Positions 56,606-64,000 of a DNA stretch of 64,000 bases are shown piece after piece. The translations under genes were made by a program, and so were the position numbers. Each line of letters starts with the position of its first letter. The stretch's first letter is position 1. Below the pieces are notes generated by a model, which had not been told where the DNA came from, searched no databases, and saw only the letters and a program-made list of their open reading frames with translations. This stretch comes from Bacteroidales bacterium (lineage in GTDB: Bacteria > Bacteroidota > Bacteroidia > Bacteroidales > JAFGXI01), in assembly GCA_016936665.1 (NCBI GenBank), contig JAFGXI010000010.1, positions 5,868 through 69,867 on the forward strand, in the 5' to 3' direction.

Positions 56606-59600
56606 TTATCCTCCAATAATTACAAGGTAAGTGACTAATACAAACAAAACGAGGTGAAGCATATATGCTTGTCCATTTCCGCTGTAGATACGACGGGTAA
56701 AGCCTGCTGTATCGTGTAGCATTTCTGTGACTTTATCCCAGAATTTTTCGACTAATGGTATCGTAGCTGGCCAAACAGCCTTGTAGAAACCGGCAAACAC
56801 ATTCCATGCAATGTGCGTTGTTTCTGGTCTATCGGGTCTTTCACCAGAAAATACAATATCAAATTGTTTAAGTTTATGAGCCTTTCTAGTAGAAATAGCT
56901 AGGAATGCAAAAGCAATTGCAAATACACCAACAACAGTAATAAAGACTTTGGTACCACTCCAGTAACCCAACGCTGTACTTGCACTACCAGCAACCCAAT
57001 TCACTTGTCCATTAGGGAAGTATGGTGCTAATATCTCTCCAAGAGGTTGTAATACCCACTCAGGCTTAACAGAGAATACCATGATTCCCATAATTAAAAT
57101 ATAAATCGGAATTGCAAACCAAATAGAAATATCTTTAACATTTCGATGATTATCTTTTAACTGCCCCAAGAAGATGGTGTGAATTAATCGCCACAAGTAC
57201 AAGAAGGCAATACCTCCGGCAAAGAAAACGATTATCCCTTGGAAGTACCATCCTTTATCTAAAACAGCGTTATAGAATAACCACTTACCTGCAAAACCAG
57301 ATAATGGTGGCACTCCAGAAAGTGCAATAATACCAATTAGTACTGCAATAAATGCAAATGGCATTCTTGAGATTAGTCCTCCCATTTTATACATATCGTG
57401 AGTGCCCACTCTTAGTACAACTGCTCCAATCGTTAAGAAGAGGATTGCTTTGTACATAAAGTGATTAATAGAATAGGTAAAAGCTGTTAACCAACCTAAA
57501 TGTGTCATAATGGCTAAAGCAAACACTATATATCCTAACTGACCGATAGAAGAGTATGCTAACAAACGTTTTGCATCTTCTTGGAAAACAGCCATTAAGT
57601 TACCAACTAAAGCGGTAATAGCACCTACCCAACCTAAAGTATAAGCTAAGCCCGAGAATTGATTATCGGCAGCCCCCATACCAATTAATGCGAGGACTAA
57701 ACCAAATACACCGGCTTTAAGTAAGATCGCAGAAACCATCGGAGAAACATCAGATTCAGCTTCGCCGTGAGCACCAGGCAACCAAATATGCAAGCCTACA
57801 GAAGCTGTTTTAGTTAAGAAGCCAGCGATTAATAAACCATAAGCCCACTGTGGTAAATAAGTAATATGATTAATAATATCTAAGTCGGAACTTATTTGAC
57901 TTACTTGAGCCATTCCGAAAGCTGCTAATAATGCATAAGCTCCTCCAATTGAAAACAACATGTAGCTCAAACCATGTGGCATAGAGCGTTTACCTCGAAT
58001 AATTAAGAAATACGAACCGGCTGTCATTAATTCCCAACCATAAAAGAACTCCAAAGTTGTGTTAGCTTCGATAATTCCAGTAAGACCGGCATACATTAAA
58101 ATAGCTACTGGATAAAAACCGGAACGAGTTCCCTTATATGCGTAACCAGCAATTAATGCTAAAATTCCACCAACCATGAATATCACTTCGAAGATCAACC
58201 TCAAATTATCTAAACTTGGATAGACTGTGTAGAAATAATATGCCATTCCGGCAATAGCTAAAGTGTTCTTTATAAAAATTGGTAAGAAATCTAAAGCTAA
58301 TAACACGGCAACAAATAAGAATGGAATAAAATTAATTCCTGAACCAATTTCAGAAAGTTGAGCTGTGTAATAACCTATGCCATATAAACTTAAAGCAGCG
58401 ATCCAAACAGGAATAATTTTTGACCATTCAATTTTAACCGGTTCGATATGGTCGTTTTCGGCTTTAATAGCGTAGCCTAACCAACGGAATAAATAAACAG
58501 CTTCCATCATTGAACCAAACAAAATGGCAACAACCCATGCTATATTACCAGTTGCTGTTAAGTCCATTACCAAAGTCCATTTTGCGAAGAAAGATGGAAA
58601 TGGAGGAAATCCGATTAAAGCAAAAACAAAAGTTCCCATCAAGAATAAGAAAAATGGATGCTTACGAACAACCGACCAACCTTTTAATCCTTTCGATTTA
58701 ATAATTCCAGATAGCCAAAACAATCCGGCTTTTGCCAAATAATGAGAGATTAAAATTCCAAACGCAATGTAAATGGTATTTTCTCCTAAAATATCTTTAA
58801 ATCCAATAATTAGGGTTAATAAACCAAGCTGACCTATTGATGAGTACCCAAGCATACGACGTGTATTTTCTTGTTTGATACCTAAAAGGTTGCTTCCTAC
58901 AAAAGTTATTGCTCCAAGTAAGGAGATATAATAATTCCACTCAGGACCGGCAATTGCCATCAATTTATATAAAACATATAATGAAGCTGATGCTGATGCT
59001 CCAGAGATTACCGCCGATAAACCGGCATCGGAACCTTCGTAAACATCAAGCCCCCAACCATTAGCAGGAAAAGGCTTTAACTCCAAGATAACAGCCATCA
59101 TTATTAAGAAGATCGCTATTGAACCGCCTTTTACTAAATGTAAGTTTGATGTAATTAAGTCATCGATATTTAATGAGCCCACAAAGTAATACGCAAAAAT
59201 AACTCCGATAAGTAAGAAGCTAGAAATAACACTGGTTGCTAATATATATTTGAATCCGGCACCCATCGAGCGAGTACCACTTTCCAATAAAATTAAACCA
59301 GCAATTGAGATACTCGCTATTTCCATGAAAACAAATAGGTTGAAAATATCACGAGTCATAATCATAACGTTCAAGCCCATCAATAGAATTAGATATACTA
59401 CTTGAGCATTTGATCCTCTCTCCTTCAGACTGTTAAACATATAAATTCCGCCGACTAAGCCTATCGCATTGACCATTAAAGAGAAGAATGCCTCAAATGG
59501 ACCCATTAATAAGTTAATCGACAAAGGAGGCTGAAAACCTGCTGTAAATATATATTCGGGCAATTGATTACCAGAGTAAAAACCGGCAAACCACTGGAAC

Positions 59601-59731
59601 GAAATAAAAGTCATAAACGCAATGGCTGTTAGCACTAATCCTCCGGTAAAATTTCTACCCAATTTATTCAATACACCAATGGCGAATCCTACGCCTAGAG
59701 CTGTGGCTACAATGTAAATAGGTGTTACCAT
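56606..59731 (-). CDS. Double antiporter-like subunit: two NuoL/M/N-MrpD (Proton_antipo_M) modules fused in one 1041-aa protein (MbxH-MbxH' equivalent)
   Basis: There are two separate Proton_antipo_M-like cores. The first lies around NLFVFMEIASISIAGLIL...YILATSVISSFLL. The second lies around WLPGAHGEAESDVSPMVSAILLKAGVFGL...LAYSSIGQLGYI, and LGYSSIGQLGLL also occurs in the first half. Confidence 0.85.
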   Translation of the reverse strand: MVTPIYIVATALGVGFAIGVLNKLGRNFTGGLVLTAIAFMTFISFQWFAGFYSGNQLPEYIFTAGFQPPLSINLLMGPFEAFFSLMVNAIGLVGGIYMFNSLKERGSNAQVVYLILLMGLNVMIMTRDIFNLFVFMEIASISIAGLILLESGTRSMGAGFKYILATSVISSFLLIGVIFAYYFVGSLNIDDLITSNLHLVKGGSIAIFLIMMAVILELKPFPANGWGLDVYEGSDAGLSAVISGASASASLYVLYKLMAIAGPEWNYYISLLGAITFVGSNLLGIKQENTRRMLGYSSIGQLGLLTLIIGFKDILGENTIYIAFGILISHYLAKAGLFWLSGIIKSKGLKGWSVVRKHPFFLFLMGTFVFALIGFPPFPSFFAKWTLVMDLTATGNIAWVVAILFGSMMEAVYLFRWLGYAIKAENDHIEPVKIEWSKIIPVWIAALSLYGIGYYTAQLSEIGSGINFIPFLFVAVLLALDFLPIFIKNTLAIAGMAYYFYTVYPSLDNLRLIFEVIFMVGGILALIAGYAYKGTRSGFYPVAILMYAGLTGIIEANTTLEFFYGWELMTAGSYFLIIRGKRSMPHGLSYMLFSIGGAYALLAAFGMAQVSQISSDLDIINHITYLPQWAYGLLIAGFLTKTASVGLHIWLPGAHGEAESDVSPMVSAILLKAGVFGLVLALIGMGAADNQFSGLAYTLGWVGAITALVGNLMAVFQEDAKRLLAYSSIGQLGYIVFALAIMTHLGWLTAFTYSINHFMYKAILFLTIGAVVLRVGTHDMYKMGGLISRMPFAFIAVLIGIIALSGVPPLSGFAGKWLFYNAVLDKGWYFQGIIVFFAGGIAFLYLWRLIHTIFLGQLKDNHRNVKDISIWFAIPIYILIMGIMVFSVKPEWVLQPLGEILAPYFPNGQVNWVAGSASTALGYWSGTKVFITVVGVFAIAFAFLAISTRKAHKLKQFDIVFSGERPDRPETTHIAWNVFAGFYKAVWPATIPLVEKFWDKVTEMLHDTAGFTRRIYSGNGQAYMLHLVLFVLVTYLVIIGG

Positions 59732-60105
59732 TTTAGATCGTTAAATTTGTTGATTTCTAATGATTTCTTAGCTTTATAAAGCTTCATAGCATAAGCCAAC
59801 ATTAATGCTGTAATACCAAAACCGATAACAATGGCTGTTAAAACCAAAGCTTGAGGAACTGGATCTACAATTTTATCTGCTACATTATAATTTCCTTCAG
59901 TAGCAATGGTTGCATCAATAATTGGTGCTGTTTTTCCTTTAACATAGCCTAAACTCACAATTAATAGATTAATACCTGTATTCAAGATTGAAAAACCGAT
60001 AATAATTTTAATAATATTTTTTTGAGTCAAGACTCCCCAAAAGCCTACAATAATTAGCAAAAAGCCAATTATCAAGCCGATATTTCCCAGATTTATAAAT
60101 TCCAT
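59725..60105 (-). CDS. MrpC/MnhC / NuoK-like small membrane subunit (MbxG equivalent)
   Basis: 126 aa with three TM helices and an MnhC-like tail (VDPVPQALVLTAIVIGFGITALMLA). Confidence 0.8.
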   Translation of the reverse strand: MEFINLGNIGLIIGFLLIIVGFWGVLTQKNIIKIIIGFSILNTGINLLIVSLGYVKGKTAPIIDATIATEGNYNVADKIVDPVPQALVLTAIVIGFGITALMLAYAMKLYKAKKSLEINKFNDLKW

Positions 60106-60106
60106 T

Positions 60107-60808
60107 TTATAACTCTTTTTGTGATTTTTGATACTTGTTGAGGATATTAGAAATCTCTGCTCCTACTTTTAACCCAACAAAACTGTATATAATAGGTATA
60201 GCACCTGCACTAAATAATTCGCCAAACTTACCCAAGCCAATAATTTTATTGTCGAGGAAACCTCCGGCTAATAAAATACCTAATATCCCAATTATTACAA
60301 ATGAAACCCCTGAAATACTCTCTACCCAGTGAATTACATTGTAATTTAATTTGATGTTTGGATTGGCTAATATCATTAAAGCAACACCCGTTGCGATAAT
60401 CGCTCCACCTTGGAAGCCTCCTCCAGGAGTTAAGTGACCATTTATGAACACATAAATTCCAAACAAGAAAATTACAGGAATAAGAATCTTTGATGCCGTT
60501 TCCAACAACTCAGAGGTATCTCTATGTTCGATGGTTTTTTCAAAATCCTCATCTTTAAGTTTTAAGAAGAATGCGATAATAGATGCTGTAAGGAATAAAA
60601 TAGTTACCTCACCAAGCGTATCGAAGCCCCTGTATGTTACAACTACAGCAGTAACTAAATTAGCGGCACCAACCTCTTCTGCACCTTTAGTTGCGAAATG
60701 CTCAGAAATTCCCGATAAAGAATCTCTAAGTTCGTATCCGTCGTACAAGCCGTAAAATAAATAGGCCATTACGAGCAATACTAAGGTCATTAATGTATTT
60801 TTAAGCAT
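60107..60808 (-). CDS. MnhB-domain membrane subunit (MbhE/MbhF-MrpB equivalent)
   Basis: Contains NLVTAVVVTYRGFDTLGEVTILF and GHLTPGGGFQGGAIIATG, both signatures of the MnhB family. Confidence 0.8.
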   Translation of the reverse strand: MLKNTLMTLVLLVMAYLFYGLYDGYELRDSLSGISEHFATKGAEEVGAANLVTAVVVTYRGFDTLGEVTILFLTASIIAFFLKLKDEDFEKTIEHRDTSELLETASKILIPVIFLFGIYVFINGHLTPGGGFQGGAIIATGVALMILANPNIKLNYNVIHWVESISGVSFVIIGILGILLAGGFLDNKIIGLGKFGELFSAGAIPIIYSFVGLKVGAEISNILNKYQKSQKEL

Positions 60809-61058
60809 TGGATCTTTTTATTTTGTTAAGTACATAAAAGAAAATCAAAGTCGACAATCCGCTACCAATAGAGGCTTCTGTCATAGCAACATCGGGAGCC
60901 GACATTAAAATGTACAAGACCGATGCAAATAATGACACAACTCCGGCAGCAATAACCGCAACCGAAAGTTTCTTATTCAGCATTGCTACAAAAGACAAAG
61001 CAAGACTTACAATGCCAAGTACAATTGCAATGATTATATAGAGTAACTCGCTATTCAT
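60801..61058 (-). CDS. MbhD-like small membrane subunit
   Basis: 85 aa with three TM helices and the APDVAMTEASIGSGLST motif typical of the MbhD / MrpA C-terminal region. Confidence 0.72.
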   Translation of the reverse strand: MNSELLYIIIAIVLGIVSLALSFVAMLNKKLSVAVIAAGVVSLFASVLYILMSAPDVAMTEASIGSGLSTLIFFYVLNKIKRSNA

Positions 61059-61425
61059 TTTCTGGTTCTTTTACTATGTTATTATTAATATCCTCTTTAA
61101 GCTTATCAGTTTTAGTAAGCTTAGTAAGCGGAACCTTCATAAAGTAAGCCGCACGCATTAAAACGTGAGATGATACGGGGTTTGTTAAAAGAATAAAGAT
61201 GATTAACACCAAAACTCTACCAACCCAGTTTCCATCGCCCCAATTTTCGTACTGATATAGTCCTACGCCAATAAACGAGACAATAGCGCCCAGCGTAGAG
61301 GCTTTCGTTCCGGTTTGTACACGATTATATACATCCGGCATCCTGAGCAATCCTATTGCTGAAACCAACAAGGAAAAAGCTCCCATGAGCAACATTACTG
61401 CTCCTAACCATTTAATCCATTCCAT
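61051..61425 (-). CDS. MrpG/MnhG subunit
   Basis: GLLRMPDVYNRVQTGTKASTLG is the MnhG signature region. Confidence 0.85.
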   Translation of the reverse strand: MEWIKWLGAVMLLMGAFSLLVSAIGLLRMPDVYNRVQTGTKASTLGAIVSFIGVGLYQYENWGDGNWVGRVLVLIIFILLTNPVSSHVLMRAAYFMKVPLTKLTKTDKLKEDINNNIVKEPENE

Positions 61426-61427
61426 AT

Positions 61428-61694
61428 CTACAAACCTTTTTGAATGTATTTAGCAACTACAATCACTCCTATAAAGCTTAATAAGCCATATACTATAGCC
61501 ACATCAAAGTAAATCATTCGATTACTAAGCGCAGCAACAATGCTTATAATCACTAAAGTGGTGATTGTTAACGAATCGAAAGCCACAACTCTATCAACGA
61601 TAGATGGTCCCTTCGAAAAACGAATCATAGCTAATAGCAAAGCGATAGTCATCATTGCTACAGCAACAAATACTAGAGTATCCGGACTAATCAT
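61428..61694 (-). CDS. MrpF/MnhF subunit
   Basis: MrpF pattern: LAMIRFSKGPSIVDRVVAFDSL. The ATG at 61692-61694 is preferred and overlaps the MrpE stop by 8 nt. Confidence 0.8.
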   Translation of the reverse strand: MISPDTLVFVAVAMMTIALLLAMIRFSKGPSIVDRVVAFDSLTITTLVIISIVAALSNRMIYFDVAIVYGLLSFIGVIVVAKYIQKGL

Positions 61695-62175
61695 AAAGCA
61701 CCTCCAAATATTTTTCAAATTTACTAACTAATTCTTTGGTTGCAGTTTCCACATCGGTGTGCTCAACATTAATCCAGTGAATGTAGAACGTGTCGCCTTC
61801 TACCTGCAATGTAAATGTGCCTGGCGTCAATGTGATTGAGTCTGCTAAAATTAATCGAGCCATTTTAGACTTTAATCGTGTTTTCACCTTAACAATACCC
61901 GGATTAATAGGTAAACTAGGACTCAACACACGTTTAGTGACATCGATGTTGGCTTTAATTAACTCAATTAAAAAAACACCTAAATACAAAAATGTGTATA
62001 AAAATGCCTTTGGCGTTAAGTTGATGCTTGTGAACAACTCACACTTAGAGCAAAAAATGAAGCTTAAGGCTATGGATAAACCGGAGCCAATCAATAGATT
62101 GATCGGGTCTAAAGTCCAATTAAGTAGCAGCCAAGCTATCATCAATACGACAAATGAAACGAACAAATTTTTCAT
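61687..62175 (-). CDS. MrpE/MnhE subunit; first gene of the operon
   Basis: Two N-terminal TM helices and the MnhE signature ARLILADSITLTPGTFTL. Confidence 0.85.
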   Translation of the reverse strand: MKNLFVSFVVLMIAWLLLNWTLDPINLLIGSGLSIALSFIFCSKCELFTSINLTPKAFLYTFLYLGVFLIELIKANIDVTKRVLSPSLPINPGIVKVKTRLKSKMARLILADSITLTPGTFTLQVEGDTFYIHWINVEHTDVETATKELVSKFEKYLEVLYD

Positions 62176-62204
62176 TGTTTAAGATTTATTAAAATTTCCC
62201 AAAA

Positions 62205-62212
62205 CAAAAGTA
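62205..62212 (-). promoter_or_regulatory. Candidate -7 promoter box (TActTTTG on the minus strand) for the Mrp-MBX-like operon
   Basis: The plus strand reads CAAAAGTA at 62205-62212, 30 nt upstream of the MrpE ATG (62175). Confidence 0.3.
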
Positions 62213-62466
62213 TACTCAATCGCACAGCTAATAAGCACTTCCAATTTATTTAAAAACAGTTTAAATAACTCCATAACATATCTAATTATCTATATTTCAA
62301 TAACCTAAGATGTATGTATGTTTTATAACACTATTAAATAACATATTAGACCATGTTTTTTGATACAAATCTTAATCTCTCATTTTCAGTATGTTAAAAA
62401 ACATATGTATATATCTATGTATTTGTATTTCAATTTATATGCATTGTGAAAAGTGTAAATAATATC

Positions 62467-62474
62467 TACATTTG
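62467..62474 (+). promoter_or_regulatory. Candidate -7 promoter box (TAcaTTTG) for the nqr operon
   Basis: Matches TAnnTTTG 18 nt upstream of nqrA ATG 62492. A partial -33 (ATTG) lies at 62443-62446. Confidence 0.3.
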
Positions 62475-62491
62475 CTCAAAATTTTGTTATT

Positions 62492-63841
62492 ATGAATAAC
62501 ATAAAGATTAATCGAGGTTTAAACATTAAGCTAAAAGGCATAGCTGAGAAGACCACCAGCGAAGCCGGAACTTCAGCTTTATTTGCAATTAAACCACCGG
62601 ATTTCGAAGGGTTAATACCTAAACTTGTTGTTAAAGTTGGACATGAAGTTAAAGCGGGCTCAGTTCTATTTTACGACAAGTACAAGACCGAAATTAAATT
62701 CACATCTCCGGTAAGTGGTAAAGTTGCAATGATTGAGCGTGGAGAACGAAGAAGAATCTTGGCTGTTGTTGTAGAATCCGACAACAAGCAAGAGTACGAA
62801 GCCTTTAAACAAGGCGATCCGAGCAACATGTCTAGAGAAGACATTGTTGAGAACCTACTTAACTCAGGCGTATGGCCTTTAATAAAGCAAAGACCATATG
62901 GTATTATTGCTAAACCTGACGTTACACCTAAAGCAATCTTCATTTCTGCTTACGACTCTGCTCCTTTGGGCGTAGATTACAACTACGTTTTGAAAAATGA
63001 AAGCGAAATGTTTCAAAAAGGGATTGACGTCCTAAAACAATTAACTTCAGGCAAAGTACATCTTGGTGTTAACGGACAAGAAGCGATTATCGACACTTTT
63101 AAAAATTGTAAAAATGTTGAGCTAACAGCCTATTCCGGAAGCCACCCTTCGGGTTTAGTTGGTACACATATTAATCGATTATGCCCTATAAACAAAGGTG
63201 AACATGTATGGCAAATCAACCCTCAAGACGTACTAATTATTGGGCGCTTATTTGCAGAAGGTCGTTTCGATGCCAAAAGAACGATTGCTCTTGCAGGTTC
63301 TGAAGTCGAAAAACCACAATACTATACAAGTATGCTTGGTGCATCCATCGATTCAATCGTATCTAAAGCCATAAAAGGGGAAAACGTTCGAATTATTTCC
63401 GGAAATGTTTTAACTGGAACAAAAGTTTGTAAAAAAGGTTATGTGGGTTTTTACGATGCATTAATCAGTGTTATCCCAGAGGGAAATCACCATCAATTCT
63501 TTGGGTGGTTAACTCCAAATTTCCACAAATTTTCGATGTCTAAAACTTATTTTTCTTGGTTAATGCCTAGCAAAACGTATGCTTTAGATACAAACTTTAA
63601 TGGTGGTCATCGTGCATTTGTCGTAAGTGGACAGTACGAAAAAGTGGTACCACTGGATATCTATCCTGTCGAGTTACTTAAAGCTTGTTTGGTCGAAGAC
63701 ATCGATAAAATGGAGCAATTAGGTATTTACGAAGTCATTGAAGAAGATTTTGCATTGTGCGATTATGTTTGTACTTCTAAACAAGAAACACAAGACATCC
63801 TTCGAAAAGGTTTACAATTAATGATCAAGGAGGTTGGATAG
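62492..63841 (+). CDS. nqrA: Na+-translocating NADH-quinone reductase subunit A
   Basis: 449 aa. The NqrA N-terminus reads IKINRGLNIKLKGIAEK, and the family pattern continues throughout (GSHPSGLVGTHI, NGGHRAFVVSGQYEKV). Confidence 0.93.
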   Translation: MNNIKINRGLNIKLKGIAEKTTSEAGTSALFAIKPPDFEGLIPKLVVKVGHEVKAGSVLFYDKYKTEIKFTSPVSGKVAMIERGERRRILAVVVESDNKQEYEAFKQGDPSNMSREDIVENLLNSGVWPLIKQRPYGIIAKPDVTPKAIFISAYDSAPLGVDYNYVLKNESEMFQKGIDVLKQLTSGKVHLGVNGQEAIIDTFKNCKNVELTAYSGSHPSGLVGTHINRLCPINKGEHVWQINPQDVLIIGRLFAEGRFDAKRTIALAGSEVEKPQYYTSMLGASIDSIVSKAIKGENVRIISGNVLTGTKVCKKGYVGFYDALISVIPEGNHHQFFGWLTPNFHKFSMSKTYFSWLMPSKTYALDTNFNGGHRAFVVSGQYEKVVPLDIYPVELLKACLVEDIDKMEQLGIYEVIEEDFALCDYVCTSKQETQDILRKGLQLMIKEVG

Positions 63842-63842
63842 T

Positions 63843-64000
63843 ATGAAAGCAATTAGAAAAATATTAGATAACATCAAGCCTCACGTTCAGAAAGGAGGTA
63901 AACTACATAAGTTTCATTCGTTTTACGATGCTGTAGAAACCCTATTTTTTGTCCCAGACCATGTGACAACAAAAGGAGCTCACATTCGCGATGCAATCGA
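63843..64000 (+). CDS. nqrB: Na+-translocating NADH-quinone reductase subunit B, N-terminal fragment (continues beyond the window)
   Basis: My translation is MKAIRKILDNIKPHVQKGGKLHKFHSFYDAVETLFFVPDHVTTKGAHIRDAI. The ATG lies 2 nt after the nqrA stop. It is absent from the ORF track because it lacks an in-window stop. Confidence 0.85.
   Translation, partial: MKAIRKILDNIKPHVQKGGKLHKFHSFYDAVETLFFVPDHVTTKGAHIRDAI

Noticed and set aside
56609-56614. GGAGG Shine-Dalgarno-like sequence 9 nt upstream of the NuoH-like ATG.
   Set aside because: It is simply the Gly-Gly codons at the end of the preceding antiporter gene, and Bacteroidota generally do not rely on SD pairing.
62273-62434. Repeated short A/T-rich words in the mrp-nqr intergenic region as possible regulator sites: ATAACATAT at 62273-62281 and 62338-62346, AACATAT again near 62400, and TATTTCAAT at 62293-62301 and 62426-62434.
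   Set aside because: By rough estimate, 7-9-mers of this composition are expected to recur by chance within 316 bp of AT-rich DNA. There is no clear dyad symmetry or regular spacing.

Overview
This is a visibly AT-rich chromosomal segment with the hallmarks of a Bacteroidota genome. A subtilase carries a T9SS C-terminal sorting domain, and there is a GldB-like lipoprotein. DUF4252, DUF5686 and DUF4301-type proteins are present, along with a TonB-dependent receptor with a carboxypeptidase-regulatory N-domain and TAnnTTTG -7 promoter boxes. I count about 55 protein genes and one tRNA-Lys(UUU). I saw no rRNA, CRISPR array, transposase, integrase or phage genes. From 1 to about 49.9 kb the content is housekeeping and envelope functions: a partial GH2 beta-mannosidase, SulP, bioB, an SDR, argR-carA-carB, a membrane-anchored receiver protein with DUF4301, a photolyase, corA, alpha-2-macroglobulin with pbpC, DUF218, an S9 peptidase, gyrB, era, pepD, an ECF sigma module with two DUF4252 genes, a GldB-like gene, nadE, a TonB-receptor/hemerythrin/HMA/Cys-His-rich metal locus, and a T9SS subtilase. 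The stand-out is a ~12.3-kb, 13-gene minus-strand operon at 49914-62175. It combines Mrp antiporter subunits with NuoH/B/C/D/I-like subunits in the gene order I recall for archaeal MBX/MBS. The NuoD-like subunit has lost half of the [NiFe] cysteines (CxxC becomes CxxE twice), and the NuoB-like subunit has only three cysteines. Two antiporter modules are fused into one 1041-aa protein. The NuoI-like ferredoxin is fused to a GltD-type NAD(P)H flavoprotein and followed by a DHOD-like flavoprotein without the catalytic Cys/Ser motif. This operon is divergent from nqrA-nqrB at the right edge. All calls come from reading the translations and sequence by eye; no searches were run.
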